Shown: piece by piece, positions 37,787 to 51,720 of the stretch
How positions within the stretch are numbered: position 1 is the stretch's first letter
Layout: each line of letters opens with the position of its first letter
Source: Octopus bimaculoides
Taxonomy: Eukaryota
Assembly: GCF_001194135.2 (NCBI RefSeq)
Contig: NC_068981.1
Location: 28,530,864 to 28,594,863 of the forward strand
Length of the DNA stretch: 64,000 bases
Direction of reading: 5' to 3'
Made by a program: the position numbers and the translations under genes
The notes under the pieces: model-generated
Databases searched by the model: none
Seen by the model: the letters and a program-made list of their open reading frames with translations, nothing else
Told to the model about the DNA's origin: nothing

Positions 37787-38638
37787 CTCTCTCTGTCTCT
37801 CTCTCTTTAACTATCTATCTATCATCTATCTATTTTTGTATCTCCCCCTCTCTTTCATCCTTTCTCTATATCTCTCTCTATATGTATGTGTGTGTGTATA
37901 GCTATGTCTGTGTTTCGCGTGTGTGTATGTGTTTGTGTGTGTGCGGGTGTGTGTTTGTTTGTGTGTGTTAGTGTGTGTGTGTGTTTGTTTGTGTGTGTTA
38001 GTGTGTGTGTGTGTTTGTGTGTGTGCATGTGTGTGTTTGTTTGTGTTTGTGTGTGTGCGTGTGTGTGCGTATGTGTGTTTGTTTGTTTGTGTGTGTGTGT
38101 TTGTGCGTGTGTGCGCGCGCGTGCGTGTTTAACGGAAATATATTTGTGCGAATTCTTTAATGGCAGATGAGTAGTTTGTAGTTTGCGAACAGTATTTCGA
38201 CACAAGCACGACTAAATTTATTCGACAGTGTATGATACACCAGGTAGATATGATTGATAATTCATGTCTGTATTGTTGATTGGGTGGTCGGTCAGTGTGT
38301 ATATATTTTAGTTGCTTATGCGCGATTGCTTTTCAGAAAATGTTTTGTATCTGGTTTCATTTACAATTCTTGTATGTTTATTACAAACTGGTGTCTGCAA
38401 TATGAAGCAAAATAGACGCAATTTATCAATACCCTTTTAACGTTTTTTGATTTGGCGATTATGTCTGTTGCTTCACTGCAGGTTATTCATACTGGTGATT
38501 TCAATCCGTATGCAAGCATCCTAGGCGGTTTTTTGAAGGGTTGATCTGTACTTCTGAAACAGACCCTGTAATCAGATTTTCCTGTGGAAGTTGGTTTTAA
38601 TGGATCTCTCTTCAGTGACTCTGAGACATTAATCGAAC

Positions 38639-38681
<43 letters not shown>

Positions 38682-38719
38682 TGTTGTGAATTCAAAATAT
38701 TCAATGTGAAGTATATAGC

Positions 38720-39104
38720 TCTTTGTTGGCACTCCGTCGCTTACGTCGTCGAGGGTTCCAGTTGATCCGATCAACGGAACAGCCTGCTCGTGAAATTAAC
38801 GTGCAAGTGGCTGAGTACTCCACAGACACGTGTACCCCTAACGTACTTCTCGGGGATATTCAGCGTGACACAGTGTGACAAGACTGACTCTTTGAATTAC
38901 AGGCACAACAGAAACAGGAAGAAAGAGTGAGACAAGGTTGTGGTGAAAGAGTACAGCAGGATTCGCCACCATCCCCTGCCAGAGCCTCGTGGAGCTTTAA
39001 GTGTTTTCGCTCAATAAACTCTCACAACGCCCGGTCTGGGAATCGAAACCGCGATCTTATGACCGCGAGTCTGCTGCCCTAACCACTGGGCCATTGCGCC
39101 TTCA
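38720..39104 (-). mobile_element. tRNA-derived SINE, family D, full length with 13-bp TSD
   Basis: - strand head tgaaggcgcaatggcccagtggttagggc...ggtttcgattccc. Identical TSD tgaagtatatagc at 38707-38719 and 39105-39117. Confidence 0.92.
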
Positions 39105-39232
39105 TGAAGTATATAGCAGATCGGTTATATAAAGATTTCTTTGCTTGTTTTTTTTTTGTTTTGTTTTTGTCTCTGACACAGTAACAATTTCTATGTAGTT
39201 CTTTGCAAGCACAAGAAAAGATTTAAATATAC

Positions 39233-39265
<33 letters not shown>

Positions 39266-39278
39266 TGTACCAAAATAG

Positions 39279-39905
39279 TCGCAGGAGTGGCTGTGTGGTA
39301 GCCGTTATGTTCTGAGTTCAAATTCCACCGGTGGTCGACTTTGCCTTTCATCCTTTCGGGGTCTATAATTTAAGTACCAGTTATGCATTGGGGTCGATGT
39401 AATCGACTTAATCCCTTTGTCTGTCTTTGTTTGTCCCCTCTATGCTTAGCCCCTTGTGGGCAATAAAGAAATAAGAAGCTTGCTTTCCAACCACGTGGTT
39501 CCATGTTCAGTCCCACCGCGTGCAAACCTGGGCAAGTGTCTTCTACTGTAGCCTCGTGCTTACCTAAGCCTTGCGAGACGGAAACTGAAAGAAGCCCGTC
39601 GTATATGTATATGTGTGTATGGTGTATGTGTGTGTATGGTGTATGTGTGTGTATGGTGTATGTGTGTGTATGGTGTATGTGTGTGTATGGTGTATGTGTG
39701 TGTATGTTTGCGTTTCTGTGTTTGTCCAGCCCCCATCTCTTGACAGTCGATGCTGCTGTGTTTACGTACCCGTAACTTAGCAGTTCGGCAGAAGACCGAT
39801 GGAATAACTACTAGGCTTACAGAGAATAAGTTCTAGGGTCGATGTGACTAAAGGCGGTGCTCCAGCATGGCCGCAGTCAAATGACTGAAACATATAAAAG
39901 AGTAA
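39279..39905 (+). mobile_element. Family A SINE containing a 5'-truncated family B SINE (39301-39473) and a 17-bp minisatellite
   Basis: The A head is split at gtggta|agaagc by B sequence; a ggtgtatgtgtgtgtat unit occurs about 5 times from 39621. Confidence 0.9.
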
Positions 39906-42799
39906 AATAATTTAAATTTTCAAAACTAACTCTTGTTGGTTTAAATTTCCCATCGGTACACAAGTTTAAATTTAGCGTGGTGGATTTTTGGGATCGATTA
40001 CTTTACAAGAGAAACATAAGTTAACTTCAGTAATGCAAAGTTTACATTTTCTAGTTAAAAAATAATCGTAACATCGTCATTGGACTCATTTTCTCTCGCT
40101 TTTGCTGTTGTGATATAATGTACAATAGTTATCGATGCCTATCAGAGATTTGTATTTAATTCGACATATTGGAGTCATAGTATTATAGAACGTAGTCATG
40201 TAAGCTAGCTTTCGCAGCTCACAACTCAGCTGGGTTGACTTCATTTCCCAACTCGAATTTCAGAAAGATACGGGGTTACTGTTCCCGTATATACATTTCG
40301 GCACCAAAATTTAACTTTGTGCGTTATTACACAAGAAAATAATCAGTTATTTATTACATAGCAAAGTGTGATGTGTTAACTGAAAAAATACTGGAACAGA
40401 TTCAACTCATCACAACATTTATTCGCATCTCTCAACATTCTTCGACGAAAAGGTGAAAGAATCGTCACAACTTATATATTTTCCAAATTTCCATAAAATC
40501 ACACCAATAACATCGTGACTTTATTAGATCCATCGCGTCCCTTTTCAAGAAATATTGATCTTGCAAGCTATGAGGTAGCCCCTCGTAGGAAATCTCTCTC
40601 AAATCGTGCCCTACTATTTTACAAACGTAGCAACATACGAAATATGAATGCCGGAAAAAAATATTAAAAGATGAGTCCCTCGTTGTAAGGACGTCTTAGA
40701 TCATTAACCTGCGTGTTCAAGGTTTACTATTCAACATCAGTAACTTACGTGCTTATGTAAGAACTCAATAATCATCTATATATAATTATTGTATATAAGG
40801 TGTGTATATAGTATTGTGATTCAGGATCTATGAGCTGCTTTCAAATCAATGGTAGAACATGATTCACTTTAATCATGCTTGTATTAACTTTTAGAAAGAC
40901 ATTAATGTTATACGCTCTCATTCACTTGTCCTATAAAGGTGTAACCTTGTGTCTATGTAGGAAATCAATAACTCTCCAATGATCACCATTCTATAGAAGT
41001 AAGCTGAACATTTCAATTTTTTGTTTTATTTTAAAGTTGCCTTCATTCCACCTACACTCGTTATATGCCTTATGCTGGTGCTATTAATTAAGCTATGTTC
41101 TGTACCGCTGTCAGCTGAAATTTATCTGAAGCTATTTCAGGTTATATAAGAAATAAATACTTTCTCCATAATCCACTCCCATCCCCCTAGAGAACATTTA
41201 TCTATTCTTTCGTGATGAAGGAAGATGTATTAACCAAGAACAGCTTGACTTAGAGCAAATGAGTTCTCTCTTCTCGCTCCAGTAGAGATACCACATGCAG
41301 TGAGATTTTCAGCTTTCATCTTTAAACCATTTAAATTCATCTATACGATCCGAGATCATTTGGTGAATGTGGATTGGAAATAAGGTACTAGCAATTAGTT
41401 TAAGGGCTAATAGTTCTAAATTGAAATTCCTGCTAGCCGTAAGCAGTCGATTCACACATCCTTTCTATGTTCGATGAAGTATGAAGCAGTAACTTTCAAA
41501 TCAAGAAAATACTAAAAAAAAGAGAAAGTGAATTATTATTGAGGGTTCAAAATATTTAGTTCAGTCATACATAGCTTTATTTAAGAGAGATTAAGGAACA
41601 TGTTTAAAAATCAAGAAAAGTAGACAACCTACGAGGCACCCATTATACAATCGCTTAACTGCCTAAAAGTACAAGTCAAATTTTTCTTCTCGAATCACTT
41701 TAAAGCCTTAAAGAAAGAATAAAGTGAATGAAGAATAGGATGAGAAAGATTGGAGCGTCCTTCATTATAGCTTTGCTAAATCATTGCTGCCTTGTACAAA
41801 CAATAGTAATACTATAGAACTACTAATGTTAAATTGTTGCCGTTTAATGTCATATTAGCCTTCATAGAACAAAGCTACGATTAAAAGCATAGCTTTCCGT
41901 GTAGCTAGAAATATCTTTACCTGTGCTATTGAAGGTGTTCTTCCCTATTATAAAGTTGTAAATGATGAATTGAGAGAGACTTGTTACTCTTTCTAGAAGG
42001 TTGAATGACATCCGAAGAAGTTGTCTCCTTGGTCAGTGTATCGGTATTAGACGTCTATTGTTTCTAGTAGTAATGTAAGTTTACTTTCCACTTGTGTGAA
42101 GGTATAAGAAGTAGAAGTTAGAGATGGAACGTATATACTTTTAGATTTAATGAATCAGTAATGAAAGAGCATTCACAATTTTTTATGAAAGAAATTTATA
42201 GACTAATGTAACAATAACCACTAACGTCCACAACAATATATTTCCAATTGCTTCGTATATGTACCTCTTGTCTTACATCTAAACCCAAATAAATCATCCT
42301 CAAAACGCCTCAGTAATAATTATTGCATTTTTCCTTGTTATTGTTTACGTTCTGCGTCAGACGTGTGGTGAGCTGATTTTACGAACAATGACGTTCCAGC
42401 CGTGATTACCCACCTTTGGTCTTTTATTCATAATTCAGATATAATGACTCTAGAACAATCTGGAACTCTATTATTCACGAAACATTTTCCGAATGATAGC
42501 GATGTTTGATTTTTGGGAGTATTGGCTGGTGATTCTAGCAGGTTGCTTTTGAGTGGAATTAAAAACAGAATAATTGCTAATGTTAATTCTTTTAACTAAA
42601 AATCCAATATCAGTTGCGTTACCTTAATCATATAGAAATATATATGAAATATTTTTTTTTTTTGTGTGTGTGTGTACCTTTTGATTAAGGAAACAAGTAT
42701 CAATTTGCTTATAAATTAGGTTTTCAAATTCTTTCTTCTTTGTTTTGTATTCATTTGTTTATTAGCTGATAGTTTGAATTTTTATTGTTATTTGTTTTG

Positions 42800-43480
42800 T
42801 AAGGCGGTGAGCTGGCAGAAACGTTAGCACGCTGGGCGAAATGCTTGGGGGTATTTCGTCTGCCGTTACGTTCTCACTTCAAATTTATCGACCCCTTTCG
42901 GGTCGATAAATTAAGTACCAGCTGCGTACTGGGGCTGATCTAATTGACTGCTCCCACCACAAAAATTTCGGGCCTTGTGACTAGAGTAGAAAAAATTATT
43001 ATTTGTTTTTGTTGTTGTTATGGCGGTGAGCTAGCAGAATCGTTAACACTCTGGAAAAAAGCTTAGCGGCACTTCGTCCGTCTTTACGTTCTGAGTTCAG
43101 CTTTCACCGAGGTCGACTTTACCCTTCATTCTTACGGGGTCAATACAATAAGTATCAGTTGATCACTGAAGGTCGATGTTATCCACTATCCTACCCATTA
43201 AAATTTCAGGCCTTGTAACTATAAAATAAAGGATAATTATTTGGCGCTTTTGTTAGGCAATGAGCTGGCAGAATTGTTATCACACTCGACAAAAGGTTTG
43301 ACAGCATTTCGTTCACCCTTTTTTCCTTTTTAATTTCTGAGTTCAAATTCTACTGAGTTAGACGTTGTCTTTCGTCCTTTTGAGTTCGATAAAATAAATA
43401 CCATTTGAACACTGAATGTTGATGTAATAGATCAACACTGTTCCTCAAAATTTCAGGCTTTGTGTTTATAATAAAAAAGA
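42800..43480 (+). mobile_element. Cluster of three same-orientation family B SINEs
   Basis: Heads at about 42801, 43020 and 43255, each ggcggtgagctggcagaa-like, separated by short TTG-rich spacers, with differing divergence. Confidence 0.85.
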
Positions 43481-44309
43481 TCATTTTGTTGTTGTTGTTA
43501 ATGCTGCTGTTACTGTTGTTGTTGTTATTGTTGTTTGTGCACAGGTAATCTCTGGAAAGGAAAACGATAACTCCAAACCTGTTTCCGTGACTATCTAATT
43601 TTTTACCACAAGCATTCCATTTAGGTCTACATTATCAAATGTGTATCTTTTTGGTTTTTGTTTTGTAATCTGTAAAGACTACGTAGTGTATATTTGAGGA
43701 TATTTGGCTGCTATCTTCAGCTTGCCGAGAGATTATAGTGAGTTACGCAGATTCGTTTAATTTCTGGTTGTTATTGTCTTTGTTATTTTTGTTGTTTTAG
43801 AATATCATTGATCGAACTGACAAATATCTACAGGCGTTCTAACTACATCCCTCTGATTATATTTGTAGACTTAATATATCTCTTTCGACATGTGACTGGG
43901 TACTTTCCGCTCTGAGTTCGGATCATGTAGAGGTCAAAATTACCTTTCATCTCTTTCGGGGGTCGATATAAAAGTAACATCCCGGGGGGCCAGTCATTAT
44001 CGGAATTGTAAAAACGCCGAATCGGACGTCCTGCAGTCTTTGTTTCGGCTCTAAACACTTTGAATTTAAATCCCGCCATGGCTAACATACGTGGTAGACA
44101 TAGCCCGTCGCCTGGTTTAGCACCACCTCTCTTTCTTGCAAGCATTCGACCTGGGTTTCAGGTCCGAGGATATCTTCTTTCATTCTCACCAGTTTCGGCA
44201 CAGAACGAATTATGGACACTGCCTTCTTCTTGGGTGAAAAATACAAAATAAATGAATAAAAAAATATCCCTTTTACCGTTCACTTGTCTATTTGTTGCAG
44301 TGATTGGAC

Positions 44310-44765
<456 letters not shown>

Positions 44766-45556
44766 ACATATGTTTTTCTTAAATGATGAAATGATATGAC
44801 TCGAAGGACCGAGATTTCTTTGCTCTTTCTAGAAGGTCGCTTCACTTACATACAAGCGCTTACAGGATTCTTCATAAGGTATGAAGTATAACGTATAATT
44901 CTCGTTTGCAAAGGATAAATTCAAATATTTAAGCTTTCTAAACGTGATGTAGTTCCTCTCCTAATATATAGTTGCTTTCTTACTAACTCTTGTTATAGCA
45001 AATCAGTGAACTGGTAAGGAATGATTAGAAGAATGTCACAGGGAAATTTTTCAGGATTGACGTGAAGACATGTAAGACGAAATGTTGAGAGCCAAATTGC
45101 ACCTGTTGGCTGATGGGAGTTGAAGAGTGAGTAGGATATGTATAGAAAAGGGAAGGGAGAGAAGAGGACGGAGACTAAAAGAGAGAGAGTGTGTGTGTCT
45201 AAGGAGAAGAGAGAGCGTAAGGAGGAGAGAGAGCATAAGTAGGAGAGAGAGAGAGCACAAACAGGAGAGAGAATATAGAACGTAAGGAGGAGGAAGAGAG
45301 AGAAAGAGCGTAAGGGTGGGAGAGAGATGGTAGAAGTGAATGAGGTAGCGATAGGGGAAATAAAGGCTAAATAGTCGAAAGCATAGTTTTCGGCATCGAG
45401 CTATAATGGAAGAAATAAAGGATACAACACTAATAGAACGAGATGCTCACACGTACACACACACACACACACACATATGCATAGAGGCACACATAGGTAT
45501 AGCTTTAGAAATTGCTATGTGTGTGTATACACGAAAATTCACACTCGCACACACAT

Positions 45557-45604
<48 letters not shown>

Positions 45605-46955
45605 TGCTGAGTCTGGTGGAAGGTGCAGTACACATGGCCCTTGCAGTCCGTCTGAAAACGGCGCGTTTGATGATACGGTTAACGTTCTGTCTAAATTGTT
45701 GCAGTTCAACGCATCCGAGAAATACACGAAAGGGGAAGATGATTTCAAAGGCCTGGTATTCTGGAGCGAAAGTTGCCGCCACATCCAACAACGTCCACTC
45801 TTATCTAAATGGCATCTATCTTCTCTTCTATCCTCTCTCAGTTTCTCAGACCATGAATTATCCACAAGCCTAACTTGTATTTATTCCATTAACAATGATC
45901 TTAAGAGCATACTTTAGTAGAACTCAACCAGTACTTTTTTCTTTTCTTTCCTTTTTTTGTAATTTCGTAAAAACTCAAGCCATGCACTGATCTGAAAAAC
46001 ACCACTGCACAGAGTAGTTAGGGTACAGGAGTTACTTGTGGGTTGACGGTGCCATATTGGTGAAGGTATGGGATGAGCTCCGAGGTGCAAAAGCAATTAT
46101 AGTGGCGATAGAAACGACAGATAGAGGGAATAGCATCCTTGTGGATCAAAGGTAAATTATGACCAATAATAGGTAACGCTCTTAGGCTTGGGCCGCTGTG
46201 CCTAACTTGACTCTTTAACCAGGCTGCTGAGTAAAAAAAAATAAATAATTGCATATACAGCTGAAGAAAGACGATAGGATGCAACCCAATGGACAGAATA
46301 ACGAAAACAAAATAAATAGAGAACCACAATAATAGGCCTATCTCTCAACTACCGTAGGCTGGTGTTTTCGTATGATGGAATCAAGTTACAATCATCATTA
46401 TTTTGGACCACCAAGCCACTAGAAACAGCTGTTGGACTCGTAAAACTCTTACTCAACCCCTTTCATCCTTGATGTCATTTCTATTTTGTGTAAGTCGAAC
46501 ATTTTTATATGTATACATATGTACATTTTCTGTATTTAACATAATTTTTATATCGACTTGCCTAACTTGCTTGTCCATACTAGGCAAAAATAAGAAAACA
46601 AATCGATCCCCAGTACGTATATATTTAAAGTTATGATTTATTCTATCAGTTTCTTTTGTCGAGCTGCTCAGTTGCTGAAGCGTAAATGGGACACTTCTCC
46701 TAGGTGTGATGCACTAGGTCTGGACCCGAATAACCTGGTTTCGAAGCTCAGAGTAAGTGCAACAAAAAGTTAAAATTAAACCTACAATAAAGGAGGCAAT
46801 TCCACAAATATTCCACATGTATTTAAAGACATCACACACAAGGAAACACACACATAGACATATTCATACACATACATAGATACATACATAAATACATATA
46901 CGTATATTCATACGTATATATATANNNNNNNNNNNNNNNNNNNNNNNNNNNNNNN

Positions 46956-46995
<40 letters not shown>

Positions 46996-47534
46996 GGATA
47001 AAGCTTTGAGAAAGAGAGAAAAGTGACAGAGGTTCAGTGAACGTAAGAGACTGTCAGAAATTCCAAAGAATCAAAGACCAAGAGATACTTTACCATTTAT
47101 ATGTTACTTATAAGGAAGACGTAATTAGACACGTCTCGCAAATTTCATTCCAGAAGGAATGCTTCGAAACCTTACCGGATTAGCAGACGAAAATCAGGTG
47201 GGTCTTGAATTACATGCGGTAATCTTCCTGTAAGTACTTTGATGCTCTCAGAGAATGTAAAACAACTGTAATATTTATTGTGCCAAACAAAAAATTGCAA
47301 AAGTGAAAAAGAAAGAATAATTCTGCGGTATTTCCAATAATCTATAATGACCAATTAGTATCTTATCGCATAATCTGTTTGCTAATCCAGTATTAACTTA
47401 TAATGATTCAAACTCATATTTCTGTTTGTTTTCGTTTCTTTTCTTTTCTTTCTTTTCTTCTCTATTTCTTTGCTTTTCACTTTCTCGTTTATAGTATTTC
47501 TTATGCTTCGGAATACATGCATATGGTAAGAATC

Positions 47535-47698
47535 TTTTCTACTCTAGGCACAAGGCCTGAAATTGGGGGGGGGGGTAGAGGCCAGTTGATTAGATCGATT
47601 CCAGTACGCAACTGGTACTTAATTTATCGACCCCGAAAGGACGAAAGGTAAAGTCGACCTCGGTGGAATTTGAACGTTTCTGCCAGCTCGCCGCCTTA
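47535..47698 (-). mobile_element. Family B SINE with an internal deletion in the head
   Basis: ggaatttgaac is joined directly to gtttctgccagctcgccgcc, with aac microhomology relative to the other copies. Confidence 0.85.
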
Positions 47699-47837
47699 TG
47701 TTACTTGTCTTGTTTTCCATTTGTTTCTTTCGTTTTTCGCATACACGAGTTTGTCTTCGTACTCCTCGTTGCTTTCGTATTTCGTATTTCATGTTGTTTG
47801 CGTCTTGTGACGTCCTGTACCCATATATGCATATACA

Positions 47838-47897
<60 letters not shown>

Positions 47898-49554
47898 CTG
47901 TATTTAAAAGCAGCAGAAATTCCTGCTGCTTTTAATAAACCATATTACTCTACCTCTGGTATTTGAGTACTCTTTTTTTCCACCTTGTTGCACATTTTAT
48001 GTGCTTACTCCGGTAAATATATATATATTATTTATATCATTTTATGACTGAACGCCACGCATCCATTTCCAAGTAAGTTCATCTACATATACTACATATG
48101 TGTTTGTGCACGAGTGCGTGTGTATAGTCCAATGATGGCTAGAAATGGTAAACTCGAATTCACCCTCACTCCCCTTCTTGAAATTGATTAATAAAACACG
48201 TACTCCATAAAAATGTATTGAGTTATATTTCAGTCTATATAATCGATCTCAAATTGATGAAAGTCAAATTTCACATCAGATGAATTCGAAATAAGGACGT
48301 AAACGGAACAGCGAAATGAAATTGAACTAATTATATTTTCAAAAAATGACATGACACTTATTGTATCAACAGAAAGAAAATGAAGGTCAAAATTCATCCT
48401 GGCAAGATATGAAATCGGAATATAACGAACAGATCGTAACGAAAAACTACAACGTATTTTTGTCGATTCTAGACACTAACCGTCATGCTTTGTTGAAATG
48501 TTAATAAAAATAACAGACTGAAAAATCATAAATAGATAAAACTACAACAAAAGTCTTTTTTAAAAATCACCTTTAATCGCTCTCCCTCGTCTATCCGTAT
48601 AAATAACGATTTCATTTAAAAAGGAAATGCTCGAAGGCAAGTCAGCAAATTGTATTACCGATCATTTGAAAGAGAGTCTTAAGAGCCACTCCTGTATATA
48701 TTTGATGAAGGATTCTTCTTATTTTACAACACGTCGTCTATATTCATTTTGGTAAACTCCTTGCGTATAAAGTAAGGTTCATCAAGTACATAACATTCGT
48801 CCTCTATTTATATTACAAACCAACAACATCAAAAAAAGTAATATCTTCAAAAAGTTTATAAGCAGTCACACGCTTATATGTGTATGTATCGATATACGTA
48901 CGTGTGTGAGTTTGCACGTGTGTGAGGCCTTTGTGAGAGAGAGAGAGAGAGATATAGAGAGAGAGATAGAGAGAGAGAGAATGTGTGTGTGTGTGTGTGT
49001 GTGTGTACCTAAGCACACGCACGTACATACTGATCATATCGTGTGGGGCGTCCTGTGAGAGGCAAGAAACTGGTTTTGACATTTAGTGAAGATTTAATCG
49101 GAGTGATAGTAAGAGGTAAACAGAGTGAAAGCAGGGGAGTAATGTGTGTGGGCGTACTTATGCGTGTTGGGGAGAGGAAAACAAACAGTTACAATTTGTT
49201 TAAATATATAGTTAGGACAAGATACTTGAAGAGAACATATATATATGTATATATAATAAATAATCGGTCAGATCCAGAGAAAGACATAAGCTAACAAATA
49301 GAAGAAACGGAAGCACAAGGTATACATACATACATACATACATACATGCATACATACATACATATATACATACATACATACATACATACATACATACATA
49401 CAAGCATGCATCAATACTTACATACATAGGTATACAGAGGTAATGATCCTATGAGTCGGTTATGATCACCAGTAAGGTGATGATTAAGTTTCTCTGGATA
49501 TAATATAGGGGTCCTATACATCTCTGTCTCTCTGTCTGTCTGTCTCTCTCTCTT

Positions 49555-49607
<53 letters not shown>

Positions 49608-49734
49608 TTTTCTATCTATCGATCTATCTATCTATCTACACAAACACACACACACACACATATATATAAGTAAAAAATTAATGAGTGCGTGCCTTACATA
49701 AATAATATTTTCAGGATTAAATAAATAGACAACA

Positions 49735-49775
<41 letters not shown>

Positions 49776-50038
49776 TATTATACTATATTATATTATATTT
49801 ATTATATTATATCATATTAGAGGAAAAAGGATAACAAAAACCAAGGCAGGACAGGTACCTCAAGTCATTTAGAATATTCAATTAGGTCGACTTTGCCTTT
49901 CATCCTTTCGTGGTCGATAAATTAAGTACCTGTTGTGTACTGGAGTTGATCTAATCGACTGGCCCCACCTCCCCACAAATTTCGAGCCTTGTGCTTAGAG
50001 TAGAAAAGAATATTTAATAAGGGTAAGGTGAATTTGAA

Positions 50039-50114
50039 GTCTTACAGCTGTTTCTAGGATATACCATGTGATAGGCCAGCATGTCTGTACACTGGATATA
50101 CCGTCATCAGAGAC
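50039..50114 (-). ncRNA. Minimal type I hammerhead ribozyme motif
   Basis: GUCU-CUGAUGA-C-GGUAUAUCCAGUG...CACAUGGUAUAUCC-UA-GAAA-CAGCUG-UA-AGAC. Both core boxes, palindromic stem III and 4-bp stem I are intact. Confidence 0.75.
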
Positions 50115-50457
50115 ATGGTGGGTATGTATGGAAGATCCAGACAGGGAAAATACACAGTTTTTAAGGAATAATGTAATGAATAAAATAATAGATAGAAGAA
50201 TACAGACAGGAGAATAAAGATCACAGCTCATCTTCTTCCACAGGGAGGGTTTGGATACATCAATGATAGACATATATGGGCTGTGCGGGAGTGAAGCATT
50301 TCACATACCCTGTGGAAGAAAGTGAGCTGTGAATTTTATTTTCCTGTCTATATTCTATTATTTACTGCTTCCATCTCCTATCTATTATTTTATTCATTAT
50401 TTTCTTCCTTATAGATTGTGAATTTCCCTGTCTAGATCTTTCATACATACTCACCTT

Positions 50458-50533
50458 GTCTCTGATGACGGAATACCCAGTGTACAGACATGCTAGCCTA
50501 TCACTTGGGATATCCTAGAAACAGCTGTAAGAC
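50458..50533 (+). ncRNA. Minimal type I hammerhead ribozyme motif
   Basis: GTCT 50458-61, CTGATGA 50462-68, extended stem II, GAAA 50518-21, CAGCTG 50522-27, TA 50528-29 (predicted cleavage after 50529), AGAC 50530-33. Confidence 0.75.
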
Positions 50534-50765
50534 TTCAAATTCACCTTACTCAAACTAAATATTCTAAAAGACTTGAGATACTTATCCTGCCTTGGATTTG
50601 TGTTCCTTTTTTATCTAACATAATATATACCTGCTAACTTGGAGGCCTAATACGGATCCCTAGCACCAGTGTAAGCCGTGAACCTGGAACCTGACGGATA
50701 ATCAATTATAGCACTTATTCAGCGTACCTATTCGTTTAAATCACCAGTGAACTAAATCCCCCATA

Positions 50766-50808
<43 letters not shown>

Positions 50809-51074
50809 TTTATATTATAATAATAAAAATTAATTTAATATTAAACTAATGGAGTACTCAGTTTATTTAATAGTGTACAAATCTATTATATTTTAGTGAG
50901 TTATAATGTTGAGAGTGACTTCGAAGTTTCGGCTAGATGAGCCATTATCTGTCTGTGGTGGGTTTGAGTTCATATCGACTCATAATATCCGTTAAGTTTG
51001 AATCTTATAGGGTACGGTCAGTACACACACACACACATGACAATCTATCTATGCATCTATCTGTTTACCTAACC

Positions 51075-51105
<31 letters not shown>

Positions 51106-51293
51106 CATTGTACTCTAGATCATGGGTTAACTAGCCGAAGCTTTGGAATTACTATCGATACTAATCTTGTTAAAGATTAATAATTTTATACTTTTATTTG
51201 AAGATAGAAGCAAAAAATAATATATAGTCTGTACATATGTGTCTATGTATACGTCAGTATATATGTGTGTGTATGTATGCCTGTGTATATATG

Positions 51294-51347
<54 letters not shown>

Positions 51348-51720
51348 TCAAGCTAATCCAATCTTCGTTGTCCCACTCATGGACTTTTTCTTCTTGTTTC
51401 TGTTTAGTTGTGTTATTTGAATGTCTGGCGCAGTTAGAATAACCTGTGACAATTCGTTCGACCTCTTTATACATATAATTATGAAAACACTTCACTACTT
51501 AGTTCGATTTTTACCCACCTTGGTTTCGTATACGGTGTTCCCGCTTGGAAGCTTGGACAAATGTTTGTAATAGCTTTGGCTTGACCAATACCTTTGTGAA
51601 TGAATTTTGTGGAAGTAAACTGCAAAAATCCACCGCATATGTATATGTGTTTAGGGCTGTTTCAGTGAAAATCGCTGCATTGAACTAAAATTTCTCTTTT
51701 GATATTTGTTACGTAATTAA

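Larger units (their letters stand above)
49805..50630. mobile_element. Inverted pair of Penelope-type terminal repeats, each with a hammerhead motif; left arm interrupted by a family B SINE fragment (49884-50015)
   Basis: 49805-50245 (excluding the SINE) is the diverged reverse complement of 50308-50630; 62-nt spacer; the SINE is flanked by agaatatt direct repeats. PLE assignment is inferred from the hammerhead type and inverted arrangement. Confidence 0.75.
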
